The notes: a model not told the origin generated them from the sequence alone. A stretch of 48,720 bases of DNA from Octopus bimaculoides (GCF_001194135.2 NC_068983.1:43110304-43159023); one strand, 5' to 3'; positions 13,206 to 25,649 are shown, numbered from the stretch's first letter. A program made the numbers and translations.

Positions 13206-13568
13206 CCTGATCACGCTATTTTATTAGCATTATCACGCGTTTGAGAATAAAAAAAAATTATTTCTGTATCTTTCAATACATCTCAACGCTTCTAAAACAA
13301 ACTTTGTTTATTTTCATCGTAAGTTGAATTTAACGTTAGCGTCTTATGAAGCTAAATCTATAAGTTCTAAAATTGCAGACGAATTCGTTACTGGACAGTT
13401 TAACTTAATGATAAAGCACTTAACGCATAGTCAGAGAGATGTGAGTTCGCGTCTCATCGCTGGCCGGTAACGTATTTTTCTCCAATGTATGGATAATTTA
13501 ACCTGATCACGCTATTTTATTAGCAATATCACGCGTTTGAGAATAAAAAATGTATTCCTGTATCTTTT
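13206..13568 (+). repeat. 296-bp unit bounded by about 65-bp direct repeats and containing a tRNA-like segment
   Basis: cctgatcacgctattttattagca.tatcacgcgtttgagaataaaaaa starts at 13206 and 13502. Confidence 0.8.
13393..13466 (+). pseudogene. tRNA-like degenerate cloverleaf
   Basis: Acceptor ggacagt/gctggcc (6 of 7 pairs including G-U), T arm gtgag-ttcgcgt-ctcat, D arm actt/aagc (3 of 4); anticodon arm does not pair. Confidence 0.5.
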
Positions 13569-13699
13569 AAACCAATATGTTTAAATAAAATGAATTTCAA
13601 TTGATAATTGTGATTAAAAAAATTATATTCTCTTTGGGTAAATCATTTAACATGACTCGGTTTATTCGGAGCGAATGTTTAGTCTCAGCTTGTCAGAAA

Positions 13700-13988
13700 G
13701 TCAACATGTCCTGAACTGCGGTCATGCTAGAACATTTCCTTCAAGGGTTTAGTCGAAAAGATCAACAGCTGGACATATTTTTTAAAGTCTGGTACTTATT
13801 ACATTGCTATCTTTTGTCGAATCGCTAAGTTACAAACAAAACAACGATTGCCAAGTGACGTGGGATGACAAACACAAATATGCGCGCGAGCGTGTGTGAC
13901 GGGTTTCCACACAGATACACAGATACAAAAACACAGATACACAGATGCAAACACAAAGGTACACACATACACACGCACAAACGCCACA

Positions 13989-14026
<38 letters not shown>

Positions 14027-14176
14027 GGCTTCCACACAGTTTCTGTTCACCAAATTCCCTCACATTGCATTGGTCGACCCGGGGCTATAGTAGAAGCCAC
14101 CAGCTCATGGCACCGTGAGTCTGAACCTGAAATCACGTGGCTGCAAAGCGAGCTTCTCAACGACAGGGCAATTCCT
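13700..14176 (-). mobile_element. SINE family B (diverged)
   Basis: Reverse match to family B with an internal (CA)n. Confidence 0.8.
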
Positions 14177-14639
14177 CACAACTTGTGTACCTGTGGGAGA
14201 AAGTCAGAGGCGTAGCTAGAAGTGACGCGGTAGCATCCAGCCCTGCATACAATGCAATTGTGAAGGGGTACAGAATAGCATCTGGCTTATCAAGTTTGCG
14301 GTGGAGCATCAGGAATATTTTTACCACTGGGCGCTGAAAACACTTGTTATATCACTAGAAAGAGAGGAAGAGAGAGAGAGAGAGCATGAAATATATAAGC
14401 TTGTAGATCGTAATCTCATCACTGAAACAAGGCTGTATCCGTGTCCGTGTCCGTGACGAGTCAGAAGTCGGTCAGCCTAATCAGCTGCAAAATAGGTACC
14501 ATGGATAGGTATAGTTTATGTCAGCGAAGTCACTGGATAATTTATTCGTTATTTTACAGTTCTTCGTTGAATTTCCGTAGAGACACATTAAGAAGGTACG
14601 ATGACAATGTTTTAGAATTATTCCCTTGTAACCAATACG

Positions 14640-14790
14640 AAGGTGCCTAACCTAGTGATTAATGAGTTACTCTCACAAGTATAAGATCGTAGTCTTGACC
14701 CCAGACCGGGAAGTGAGTTGTGTTCTTGATTAAATCATTTCATCTCACGTCGCTGCAGTCCATTCAACTGCAAATGAAGATCGGTGTCCC
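14640..14790 (+). mobile_element. Diverged SINE head related to family C
   Basis: cctagtgattaa...gtgttcttgattaaatcattttcatctcacgtcgctgcagtccattcaactgcaaatga resembles family C. Confidence 0.5.
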
Positions 14791-14890
14791 GTTCAGAGGT
14801 GGGGGTTGTGACCTCGACCACTTATACTCCATCGAAACAGGATAAAGCTCCGGTGTTTCGAGTCCCATGACTGACTTAAGTCTCAAAACA

Positions 14891-15185
14891 GGCTCTTCCT
14901 TGGTTGCGACGACGAGGGTTCTAGTTAATGCGATCAACGGAACAGCCTGTCCGTGAAATTAACGCACAAGTGGCTGAACAATCCGCAGACACATGTACCC
15001 TTAATATAGATCTCAGGGAGAAGGCTGGCCCTGAAATACAGATGCAAACTCATTTTGGCCAGTTGAGTAGACTGGAGCAACGTGAAATAAAGTGTCTTGC
15101 TCAAGGACACAATGCTCCGCCGGGCATCGTACTCACGACCTTACGATTGTGAGCCGAAAACTCTAACCACTAGGCCACACGCCTT
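14891..15185 (-). mobile_element. SINE family C
   Basis: Reverse match, full length. Confidence 0.85.
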
Positions 15186-15587
15186 CTCAATTTAGTCTAA
15201 CCAAAGGGTTAATTACATTAAGCAGGTCCATAACCTGTTGTAACGCGTTAACTTGGATTTTAATGGAAATTTCAACGAATAAAACTTTAATCAAGGATAT
15301 GCTCCACGTGGCTGACTTGTCCCAACTCGCAACACAAAGGTTGAATCTGTGATTGAGAATCTTACAGCCCAATATGAAGGTAGTTTTTAAGCTCGGTAGA
15401 CTCTTGCGCCGCGCGATGGTACTAGACGCAACGCGAAAATAATAAACTCTAGCATAAGCACAAAGCTGCAAATCTGTACGAAGAAGTGTTTCTATTCGAT
15501 AATATAAGCCCCAGTGGCAGCAACCAGGAAAAACTGTTAGAGCGTCGAAAAAGTGTTTTGCAGTGTTTATTCCAGACTTAACAACTG

Positions 15588-15665
15588 CAGTAATCCCTCG
15601 AATATCGCGGGTTCAAACCCCCCGCGATAGGTGAAAATCAGCGAAGTAGAAACAGTACTGCACTG
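15588..15665. mobile_element. Left end of a pogo/Tigger-type MITE
   Basis: cagtaatccctcgaatatcgcgg resembles Tigger-family TIRs; the other end is probably lost or in the gap at 15769-16129. Confidence 0.5.
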
Positions 15666-15667
15666 TA

Positions 15668-15723
<56 letters not shown>

Positions 15724-16139
15724 TGTATATATATTCATTTTATTTTAAATGCAAAATAGTACCACAGANNNNNNNNNNNNNNNNNNNNNNNNNNNNNNNN
15801 NNNNNNNNNNNNNNNNNNNNNNNNNNNNNNNNNNNNNNNNNNNNNNNNNNNNNNNNNNNNNNNNNNNNNNNNNNNNNNNNNNNNNNNNNNNNNNNNNNNN
15901 NNNNNNNNNNNNNNNNNNNNNNNNNNNNNNNNNNNNNNNNNNNNNNNNNNNNNNNNNNNNNNNNNNNNNNNNNNNNNNNNNNNNNNNNNNNNNNNNNNNN
16001 NNNNNNNNNNNNNNNNNNNNNNNNNNNNNNNNNNNNNNNNNNNNNNNNNNNNNNNNNNNNNNNNNNNNNNNNNNNNNNNNNNNNNNNNNNNNNNNNNNNN
16101 NNNNNNNNNNNNNNNNNNNNNNNNNNNNNTATATAAACC

Positions 16140-16215
16140 ATAGTATTTTACTGATACTTTATGTTATCGACCCAGGACAGAGTAAAGGCAGAATTTGAAC
16201 TCATAACGTCAAACC
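16140..16215 (-). mobile_element. SINE A fragment
   Basis: ttatcgaccc...ggcagaatttgaactcataacgt. Confidence 0.55.
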
Positions 16216-17456
16216 ATTTAGAACGGTTGACGTAAATTTAGGCACGCAATGTACAAGCTTTAAATCGGTCGACATAATTATACGCCGCCTCACTTAGAAC
16301 CTGTCGCTTGAGTTAGTAGCAGTCCACCTGTCAATTGATCGGCCGATTAGATGTTTCGTGTAAATATTTACAATACGATAGGCTGGTCCTGCTACTCCGG
16401 CTCTGTCAACTTCGTCGTCGCGTCCTGTTTCGTGGAATTTACGGTCGTCGTGCCAAGCTACACCAAGCTCCACCACCTCACCAGTTGTTTCTTCCTTTTC
16501 GGACGATACCTCAAAAAGTGACTATTTTCCTAGTTCAGAATCAGTCTAAAAATCGAATTTATGTTCTAACGATCGAACTTCTAATAAGACTACGTTATCC
16601 AATATTTCCTTAAGACAATAGTGTGATTTATGCAGGATTTAGCTGCTCTTTCTGACAAGCCGATCGACCAAGTACAGGCTCCTTCCATTGGTCCAATTAA
16701 GCAGGATGCGGCATAAACTCTTCCATATTTTAATTTATCAAGAAAGCTAAATCTGGAATATTTTTTTGCCATATTTTGTAGTTAATTTTTATCTGATTGA
16801 TAAAATATTTATTAGTAATCATTCCATTTGATCAGTGGGTGTGGCTTTTAAATTATGCCATCATAGCTTTTTACTACTTTCTTTGGAAATTTGAGATAAT
16901 TAATTGTTAAACGATTCTTACAATTCATTTTATCACCTTCATAGCTCAACGACAGATAAGGGGATTACGAAATCTTATTAAATTAATTATGTAATAAATT
17001 ATTTGATATCGGTGCATTGTGTAAACAGATATAACTGTTCGTTATAGACACATAAGAGTTAGTCAAACTAAAGTTATAGTCACTCGGAGTTTTAGTTAAG
17101 AGCAAAATCTTTATAGCATATCCCGTTTAGTCGATGTCGTGTTATAGTCTCACTGAGCACTAGTTTCCCTCCGTAGACAATATACAACAACGAGAAGCGT
17201 ACTTACGTTCGAATCAGTCAGAACTTATTACGAACGAATGTTTTGTTTTAATTTCATTTTAAGGCAATAAATATATTTTTCGTTCGAAAATTAGTATCTA
17301 TTTCATCGTTTTGTTTAAGTAACAAGAAATTTCATAAATATTATTGTATGTATACCATATTTTCTGATGTTACACATGGAGGCAAAAGTAGATTTTCAAT
17401 CTTTTCCATCATATGACGAGTAAAACTCAATTACATATATTTAATGACGTTATAAC

Positions 17457-17630
17457 TGGCCCTCCGTCGGTTACGACGACGAAGGTTCCAATTGATCCGA
17501 TCAACGGAACAGCCTGCTCGTTAAATTAACGTGCAAGTGGTTGAACAATCCACAAACAGATGTACACTTAACGTAGTACTCAGGGAGATTCAGTGTGACA
17601 CAGAATGTGACAAGATTGGCCCCTTTGAAT
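17457..17630 (-). mobile_element. SINE C 3' portion
   Basis: ctccgtcggttacgacgacgaaggttccaattgatccgatcaacggaacagcctgctcg matches family C. Confidence 0.85.
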
Positions 17631-19708
17631 TACAGGTACAACTCATTTTTACTAGCTGAATGGACTGTCAAAATGACATTAGCAGTTCACAAAGATACAA
17701 TAGATCAATGATCGAAGAACAAATTAAGTACTTACAGAGATGTACTTGATCTGAGATCGTGTGCTGTAACAAAAACAATTGCGTCAAGCTCGGAATTTTG
17801 TCAATGAACAGATCGCGGTTTTAAAGCGATGAAAATATTTTGGCAAATTAAATTTAAATGTCGAAGTGAATCTAACGGTTTTTGTGTGTTTTTAAATGGC
17901 TTATAAACACCATCCACGCTGAAATTAAGTACCATAAATGCAATAAACAACTTTTATCTTAATATAACACGTAGAATTCAAATACGTAACTAAAAGCTCA
18001 GTGAAGCAAGTACCAAAATTCACTTTAATATAGCCGTATGTCATGCTTTTTGTTGTTTTTTTTTTCTTTTTCCACTATACTATTCCGTAATTATTTCCTC
18101 TTGTCACACCACATATTTTTTCTACCTTGTATATCGACCTGAAGGCGAGTTTATTCATATTTTTAGTTTCGTACTTCATTACTTTATATTGAAAATTTCT
18201 TAATTCTTTAATATCTTCACATCCCCGAAATGTAACGATTTGATATTTCGATTATATCGTGTATATTGTACAACTCTTAGGATTTTTTCATCACAAATTT
18301 GATCCTGCTGTTCCAGTTATCGCTCCACGTCACAATTTCGTTTATTTACGAAATTAGTAACGTGCCAGTATCCCAGCACAAATGTAATGTCCTCATTATT
18401 TTGATAGCTTCCTTAACAGAAACACTATCATCTTGCCAATAATTCAAAAACGCTCTTACAAAAGTTCAATACGCGATTTTGTTTCCCAACTTCCATATAC
18501 ATCATTTGTAATGTTATTTTGAAATCGTTTTATATAGAATTTCCAAAGAGAAGAAAAGTAACCGAGTCCTCTTCTCAGAATCCAATGTCCAATAGTTTAA
18601 CAAGTGCTTCTATTCCTCTTTTCCCCTATTTTCTTTTCCTTCTTTTTGAGACAGTAATCACATTCCTCGCTTTTAACGTGGTTAGTTTCACAGACATCTT
18701 TGTAATATTCTCGCTATACGTTTCATGTTGTTTCTGAGTTTCTTCAATGAATGTCGAGTATTTAAATTGCTTGTATTCGTTTTCTGATATATTGATTTTT
18801 TTGTTCGTAAATTCTGTAAGTCGGAAATAAACCTGTGAAGATCTATTTCTAATGTTTTCGTTTGAACATCACTTAGCGATGGAAAGCTTTTCTGGTTGGT
18901 GACTCGCACATATTGGTTGCCATTGGTTTTGTTTTTGCTTTGTCACACTACCATCAATGGATTGCGTGACAACAGGCTTGCCTGGAATATTAACGTTTTC
19001 TGAATACACAGTGTGCAATTAACTCTAACACGCCACAAGGTCCGGTCCTTCTTGTGGTGTGGGAACTTGTGTGCTTCAGTAATGCTGAGAATTGTGTCAG
19101 CGAAGCGCAAGCTGCTGGTAAGATCTTCCGTACTAGACAAGTCAAAGGATAAAGGATGGACTAATATGGACCACTTTTTCTCAGAGGTCAAAATAGAATT
19201 GCATAGAACCAACACCCCTACATAGCAAAAAATAGCAAAGTTGCTGAAGCATCGATGACAAATCAAAACCAACCTAGGAGAAGGAAGCCTTTCCCCAGGA
19301 AAACATATATGCCAAAAAAAAAAAGAGACGTTGTCTTTGTCTTAATGTATAGGCATCCTCTCATATATTTTGGATAATTTCTCACTTGCATATATTAAAG
19401 GTCACCTTCGAAATATTTATATCATTTACACATTGCAATACTTCAATCACATTGTAATATTCTTAATGTATATAGATATTTTCATGTTTTCGTGTCAACA
19501 GGATATGAGTTATAAAGTTCAGTGTGTTAAACAGATAAATAGTCAAAGAAAGGGAAAATGGTTTTAAAAAAGAACGATTTATTAGCGGAAGTGCTGTGGA
19601 GGCTATGCCGAGGTTCAAGTGAATTCTATCAAGCAAAAATGGAATACGAGAACAATAAGACCCGATACACAATTGCTTCTAGAGTAAATGTTTCAGAGAG
19701 AGTGAGGA

Positions 19709-19739
<31 letters not shown>

Positions 19740-20777
19740 CTCGCATGCATCGAAAATAGTGCCAAGTGAGAATGAGAGAGTCACTATTAGGACGACGTTC
19801 ATCCCGGTCCGATATACAGGGGGGGTGAGGGGTATAATGCATAAATCGGAAATAATGGGTTATTTGCCAGATTTTCATCATTTTCTCTCGATTCCAAATC
19901 AGGAAGTATGATGTAGAATCCATTAAGAATTACATCACCCCTCCGGCTAATATAAACGTTGTATTCTTCCTGGTAACTCCTTTTTACGTTCCCCACTCTG
20001 GATCACAGACCTCAGTCACTGGCCCAACCAATTTTTTTGATCGTCAACCAAAACTTTGCGGTGCAGCAAGAAATACTGCAGATTTGGATTTTTTGTATTA
20101 GAGGCATGTTCAGAGTATCTTCTTTGACTATGTTATGATGGATAAAGGAAATATCTTGGGAAATTCTGCAATTCAAGGCAATTCAAAAGCGGAGCATAAC
20201 GGGTCCTTGTCAGTTTGCAGGGTTGGGCATAATGGGTCACTTATAATATAGCACATAAGCTTCTAAAAATTGAAGGGAACTAAAAAAAAGTCTTCCACAC
20301 CCTACAAATATGTGCCAGTATCTGAAAGTGTTTTAGCAGCATTGTTTCATGTAATTATTGATGTTTACACAGAACCAAAGGGCTGTTAGGTGATTGCATC
20401 ATTATACCAAGAGGAAAGAGAAGTAAAAATGCAACAAAAGTCCAAGAGTGAAAATGAAGTACGATCGCATGTTCCAGAATGTTGGAAAACAGGTCATGTA
20501 GAATGTTACAATAGTGATAGAGAACATGCATGATAGTGCAGATGATCCGGAGGAAGTGGACGTTGAGTGCTCAATTTGCAGGAAATCCTGGAACAGATAC
20601 AAAGGCAGGAAGAACGAAGTTTGGTTGTTGTGTGACCTTTATGACGATTATGTTTGCCCTAAGTGTATTTTCAAGGGGAACAGATGTTCAATCAAGAGTT
20701 CTACGAGAAGTGTACAGCTTCATCTGGGTTCTGTGTGTCGAATGGAGGACTTAATCGTGATTCACTTTCAAAGTGAC

Positions 20778-20778
20778 T

Positions 20779-20839
<61 letters not shown>

Positions 20840-20895
20840 GAGTAGTAGTAGTTGTTGTTGTTGTTGTTGTTGATGGTGATGGTGATGATGATGAA
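20778..20895. repeat. (TAG)n(TTG)n(TGA)n trinucleotide microsatellite
   Basis: Direct reading. Confidence 0.95.
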
Positions 20896-21189
20896 AATTG
20901 AGTCTGTTTTACTTCTGATGTCTCACATGTTTCCTTAGTGATTGTCTTCAACATTCATCCACAGTTTCTCATTTTTAGACCCAAATACTGCTCTGCGTTT
21001 CCCACCACCTGTGGAAAGGCCCATTATGTCCCACCAAATATTGAAATTTCATATTTCTACAGGAGTCCAAATATGATTAAGTATATATGAAACGAGCATT
21101 CAAAATTGCTTCCCAGTCCATCAGAAGCGCTCATCAGCATCATGATGCAGTCTTTGAGATTCTGATTCCATGTTAACTGTTACATCTTT

Positions 21190-21446
21190 TATCTTCCATT
21201 CTTTTACTTGTGTCAGTCATTAGAATGCGGCCATGCTGGGGCACCACCTTGAAGAATTTTGAATGAATCGACCCCAGAACTTATTTTTTTAAGACTGGAA
21301 CTTATTCCGGCGGTCTCTTATGTCGAACCGCTAAGTTACAGGGATGTAAGCACACCAATGCCGCTTCTCAAATACATACACACACACAGATACACACACA
21401 CACACACACACATACCACACACACACACACACACACATACATACAT

Positions 21447-21524
<78 letters not shown>

Positions 21525-21683
21525 GACCAGCTTCATTTAGTTTCCGTCTAACAAATCCACTCACAAGGTGTTGCCCAGCCTGAGGCTATAGTAGAAGACA
21601 CTTACTTAGGGTTCCACGCAATGGGACTGAACCCGAAACCATGTGGTTGGAAAGCAAACTTCTCACCACATACCCAAGCCTGT
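21190..21683 (-). mobile_element. SINE family B nested in the pogo-like remnant
   Basis: Reverse match to family B. Confidence 0.85.
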
Positions 21684-22074
21684 TGGTTTTTATTTGACAC
21701 TGTTTTCACAACTTCGGAAAAACAGACCCATTATGTCCAACCCCGCTCTACCCTAAATATTTTTTCCAGAACATATCTATGAAGAGACTCTTTCAGAAAA
21801 AAATCCACGGCATCATGCCTTTCTTTGTTGTACATACGATAGGTATTTTACGCAGATGGCTACTGAACAATGACAACGGCTGAATATTTGGCAACCATAC
21901 TTTTATTCATCCAGTTAATCAGTAAATTAGCAGAAAATGCAGGTCCAATAGGGGAATTAGAAAAATTAACCTTCTTTTATCTTCAGTAGTTAGTGTAATC
22001 GAGCGTTTAAACTATTAAATTCACAGTCAATCATTTTCCTGGATTTCATCTACATTTCATTGTAAATATAAGAC

Positions 22075-22494
22075 GTGTATTTGTGTGTGTGTGCGTGCGT
22101 GTGTATTTGTCAGTGTGTGTGTGTGTATTTGTCAGTGTGTGTGTGTGTATTTGTCAGTGTTTGTGTGTGTATTTGTCAGTGTGTGTGTGTGTATTTGTCA
22201 GTGTTTGTGTGTGTATTTGTCAGTGTGTGTGTGTGTATTTGTCAGTGTTTGTGTGTTTGCGCAAGTGCGTGTATTCGTGTGTGTGAGTGTGAGCGGGTTT
22301 ATGTGTGTGAGCGGGTTTGTATATGTGTGTGTATTCCAGTGCATGTGCGTATGTGTGATTGTGTGCTTGTGCATCTTTGTGTGTATCTGGGTGTGCGTAT
22401 GCGTGCTTTTGCGATTGTGTATACTTTTGTGTTTTGTTCATGCATTTGTGTGTGTGTGTGTGTGCGTTTTTATGTATTTGCATGTGTCCGTGTA

Positions 22495-22527
<33 letters not shown>

Positions 22528-22550
22528 GTGTGTGTGTGTGTGTGTGTGTG
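22075..22550. repeat. Minisatellite gtatttgtcagtgt(gt)n (about 8 units of about 22 bp) grading into (TG)n and (TTG)n
   Basis: Direct reading. Confidence 0.9.
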
Positions 22551-23185
22551 TCATATCTTTTATCTATCATTTTTACTTGTTTGAGTTAATAGACTTCANN
22601 NNNNNNNNNNNNNNNNNNNNNNNNNNNNNNNNNNNNNNNNNNNNNNNNNNNNNNNNNNNNNNNNNNNNNNNNNNNNNNNNNNNNNNNNNNNNNNNNNNNN
22701 NNNNNNNNNNNNNNNNNNNNNNNNNNNNNNNNNNNNNNNNNNNNNNNNNNNNNNNNNNNNNNNNNNNNNNNNNNNNNNNNNNNNNNNNNNNNNNNNNNNN
22801 NNNNNNNNNNNNNNNNNNNNNNNNNNNNNNNNNNNNNNNNNNNNNNNNNNNNNNNNNNNNNNNNNNNNNNNNNNNNNNNNNNNNNNNNNNNNNNNNNNNN
22901 NNNNNNNNNNNNNNNNNNNNNNNNNNNNNNNNNNNNNNNNNNNNNNNNNNNNNNNNNNNNNNNNNNNNNNNNNNNNNNNNNNNNNNNNNNNNNNNNNNNN
23001 NNNNNNNNNNNNNNNNNNNNNNNNNNNNNNNNNNNNNNNNNNNNNNNNNNNNNNNNNNNNNNNNNNNNNNNNNNNNNNNNNNNNNNNNNNNNNNNNNNNN
23101 NNNNNNNNNNNNNNNNNNNNNNNNNNNNNNNNNNNNNNNNNNNNNNNNNNNNNNNNNNNNNNNNNNNNNNNNNNNNNNNNNNNNN

Positions 23186-23400
23186 GCCTCTTGATTTTTC
23201 CATTGTCTTCGTGTCCATTTCATCAGCCTGGTTGTCCATCTGTTGTCTTTCAGTTGTGCGATGTGGCCAGCCCATCTATATTTGTTCTCCTTAAAGGTTC
23301 TTATGACTCTCGTGTGCTGTCGAATCTAGGCGTTGGTTTTCCTGTTCCGTAATGTCATACCGAGATCGCTTACAAAAGTGAAAATGATTCACCAAGAAAT
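23186..23400 (-). mobile_element. RTE-clade LINE, ORF C-terminus
   Basis: Minus strand reads IRQHTRVIRTFKENKYRWAGHIAQLKDNRWTTRLMKWTRRQWK, the typical RTE WAGHIAR motif. Confidence 0.85.
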
Positions 23401-23489
23401 GGTACTGATTGCTAACAGCGTCCAGGGATATTAATTGAACTGGGGCTGACGTCCATTTGATTGGTTGACTACCAAAAGCCAATAAAACT

Positions 23490-23700
23490 ATCAGAGCTGT
23501 AGGTTTCAGGCCAACAATCTTGGCGCGCAGTTTGACACGTCGAAGGAATGGTTTCATTTTAGCACGAGTTTGAAACTCGTCAATACAGGGTGGGAAAGGT
23601 TATGAAAAGGGGTCTGCAAGAGAGAAGTGGATGTTCAACTTTAGAAACAGGTATGACAGGCGGTATGAGGATTACAGTTCTTAGGAAGATGAATTGAGCG
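23490..23700 (-). mobile_element. Penelope-like element, N-terminal ORF remnant
   Basis: Across one frameshift: VILIPPVIPVSKVEHPLLSCRPLFITFPTL / IDEFQTRAKMKPFLRRVKLRAK, resembling the PLE N-terminal motif LS..E..VLSKGL.F.P....DEF..R.D...F.RR.RL.AHF (recalled, not searched). Confidence 0.45.
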
Positions 23701-23995
23701 AAAACGTTACAAGGAGCAAGGTGCGTGGATGCAGCGATATTATCAGGGGTGGGGATAGAATAGTAAACAACGTTCAAGGAAGGGTTGAAGGGTAGGAATT
23801 TGAGTGCCTTGGTAAAGGAGAGTAAGTGAAATAATATAGCATGGATTATGACTTGGGTGAGCGGAGGAGACGATAAGAAAAAACAAAATACCAATAAAAT
23901 ATAGAGGTCGATGATAGCGTCTAACCTACGCCCTTCAAACCTGATGGCCTTGTACCAAATTTACAAACTATTGTCGTGGTATGCACGAATATGCA

Positions 23996-24420
23996 AGGCG
24001 GCGAGCTGGCAGAAATCTTAGCAGGCCGGTCGAAATGCGGTATTTCGTCTGCCGTTACGTTCTGAGTTCAAATTCCGCCGAGGTCGACTTTGCCTTTCAT
24101 CCTTTCGAGATCGATAAATTAAGTACCAGTTTCGTACTGGGGTCGATGTAATCGACTTAATTCCTTTGTCTGTCCTTGTTTGTCCCCTCTATGTTTAGCC
24201 CCTTGCGGGCAATAAAGAAATAAGAAACGTTAGCACGCTGGACGAAATGCTTAGCGGTATTTCGTCTGTCTTTACGTTCTGAGATCAAACTCCGCCGAGG
24301 TCGACTTTGCCTTTCATCCTTTCGGGGTCGATACATTAAGTACCAGTTGCGTACCGGGGTCAATCTAATCGACTGACCCCCTCCCCAAAAATTTCAGGCC
24401 TTGTGCCTAGAGTAGAAAAG
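23996..24420 (+). mobile_element. Tandem SINE A dimer within one 16-bp TSD
   Basis: Two family A monomers; ggtatgcacgaatatg (23978-23993) and ggtatgcgcgaatatg (24421-24436). Confidence 0.85.
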
Positions 24421-24444
24421 GGTATGCGCGAATATGTTATATAT

Positions 24445-24800
24445 CGGGAATCGATGACCTTGATACCGGATCACAACCAGATTCCTTAGATATCGAAGAC
24501 CTTTTTTATAATCCCTGCTGTTCCCAACAGAGTAGGTTTCTGAATCAATGCGACTCTTGTAGTTACACCAATCTCAATAAAGAAACTTCTAAGCTTGTTG
24601 GTGACGGTACCTGGGGCACGTATAACAACTTGGGTTACTTTTGTAGAAACCTAAACCCTGATATTTTCCTATTTTTTCTTCTTCTCTGTCCGCTACATTC
24701 ATCGTGTCCGTAGATTTAGCCACATCTATGATGATATGCTCTATTTTTCTCCCTTGTCCACACTAATAATATCTAGTCGCCTGGCTTGTCGATATTTTTC
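24445..24800 (-). mobile_element. R4/Dong-type LINE 3' end (RLE domain), decayed
   Basis: Minus strand pieces: ARRLDIISVDKGEK, IIIDVAK..DREEEKIGKYQGL, VVIRAPGTVTNKLRSFFIEIGVTTRVALIQKPTLLGTAGII. Confidence 0.75.
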
Positions 24801-24807
24801 GCCTTAC

Positions 24808-24813
24808 TTCTTA

Positions 24814-24866
<53 letters not shown>

Positions 24867-25250
24867 CTCTTTCTCTTAGCCTACTACTTCCTCTTTTTTC
24901 TTCTACTACTTCTACTTCCTCTTCTACTACTTCCTCTTCTATTACTTCCTCTTCTCCTTCTACTACTACTTCTTCCTCTTCTACTACTTCTACTTCCTCT
25001 TCTATTACTTCCTCTTCTCTTTCTACTACTACTTCTTCCTCTTCTACTACTTCCTTTTCTCCTACTACTTCTTCCTTTTCTTCTTCTTCTACTACTACTA
25101 CTACTTCTCTTCGTTTCCTTCTCCCTCTCCTGCTTTATCTTCTTTTCCATCTTCTTCTTCATCTTCTTCTACATTTTCTTCTTCATCTTCTTCTTCTTCG
25201 TGTCCTTCTTCTTCATCTTCTTCTTCTCATTATTATCATTATCATCATTT
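24808..25250. repeat. Long pyrimidine-rich compound (CTA)/(CTT)/(CCT) repeat
   Basis: Direct reading; lies at the tail of the minus-strand LINE at 25250-25625. Confidence 0.9.
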
Positions 25251-25625
25251 TATCACAGAAACGCTCAGCTTTATTTTGCTGCGCATGACGGTAAGAGTCA
25301 GCTATCCACAGCCAGCAGACTAAGCTGACATTTGTTTACTGATCGCGCTTCAAGAACTCTGCGGAGAATTCTTGCAGTTCCAAGCAAAGATGATTTTTGT
25401 CGATGTTCTGTCTTAACATTCGTTTCAATCTTTTTGAGCCCCGTCGGTAGTTGGGCACTGAAGCTTCCAAGTGCACCAATCACTATTGATATCACGTTCA
25501 TTTTCTTCTTTGCCCACAATCTGCGTATTTCCCACTTCAGTTCATCATAGTTTATTTTCTTTTTTGGTTTTTCACTTCCATCCTGTTGTCACCAGGACAT
25601 GCTATATCAATTACCAGGCTTGTTA
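25250..25625 (-). mobile_element. R4/Dong-type LINE 3' end (RLE domain)
   Basis: LVIDIACPGDNRMEV..NYDELKWEIRRLWAKKKMNVISIVIGALG..QKSSLLGTARILRRVLEA (ORF 25298-25519); abuts (ATT)n at 25629-25683. Confidence 0.85.
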
Positions 25626-25649
25626 ATCATTATTATTATGATTATTATG

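Larger units (their letters stand above)
20190..21755 (+). mobile_element. Decayed pogo-like DNA transposon remnant with a C-terminal PHD-type zinc finger and subterminal repeats
   Basis: ORF 20514-20873 reads DDPEEVDVECSICRKSWNRYKGRKNEVWLLCDLYDDYVCPKC (acidic tract plus PHD-like Cys spacing); gcagggttgggcataatgggtc (20217-20238) is inverted to gacccattatgtccaaccccgctctaccc-TA (from 21725); no DDE motif read. Confidence 0.55.

Noticed and set aside
14561-14596. Possible micro-exon (ttttacag...aag|gtacga)
   Set aside because: Splice-like signals only; the open frame has no recognisable peptide and no partner exons.
20514-20873. PHD-like ORF as a host chromatin gene
   Set aside because: One Cys is lost, the ORF runs into a microsatellite, and it sits between inverted terminal motifs, which favours a transposon origin.
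22075-22260. Regularly spaced gtatttgtcag repeats as a CRISPR-like array
   Set aside because: The spacers are only (GT)n; this is a eukaryotic minisatellite.
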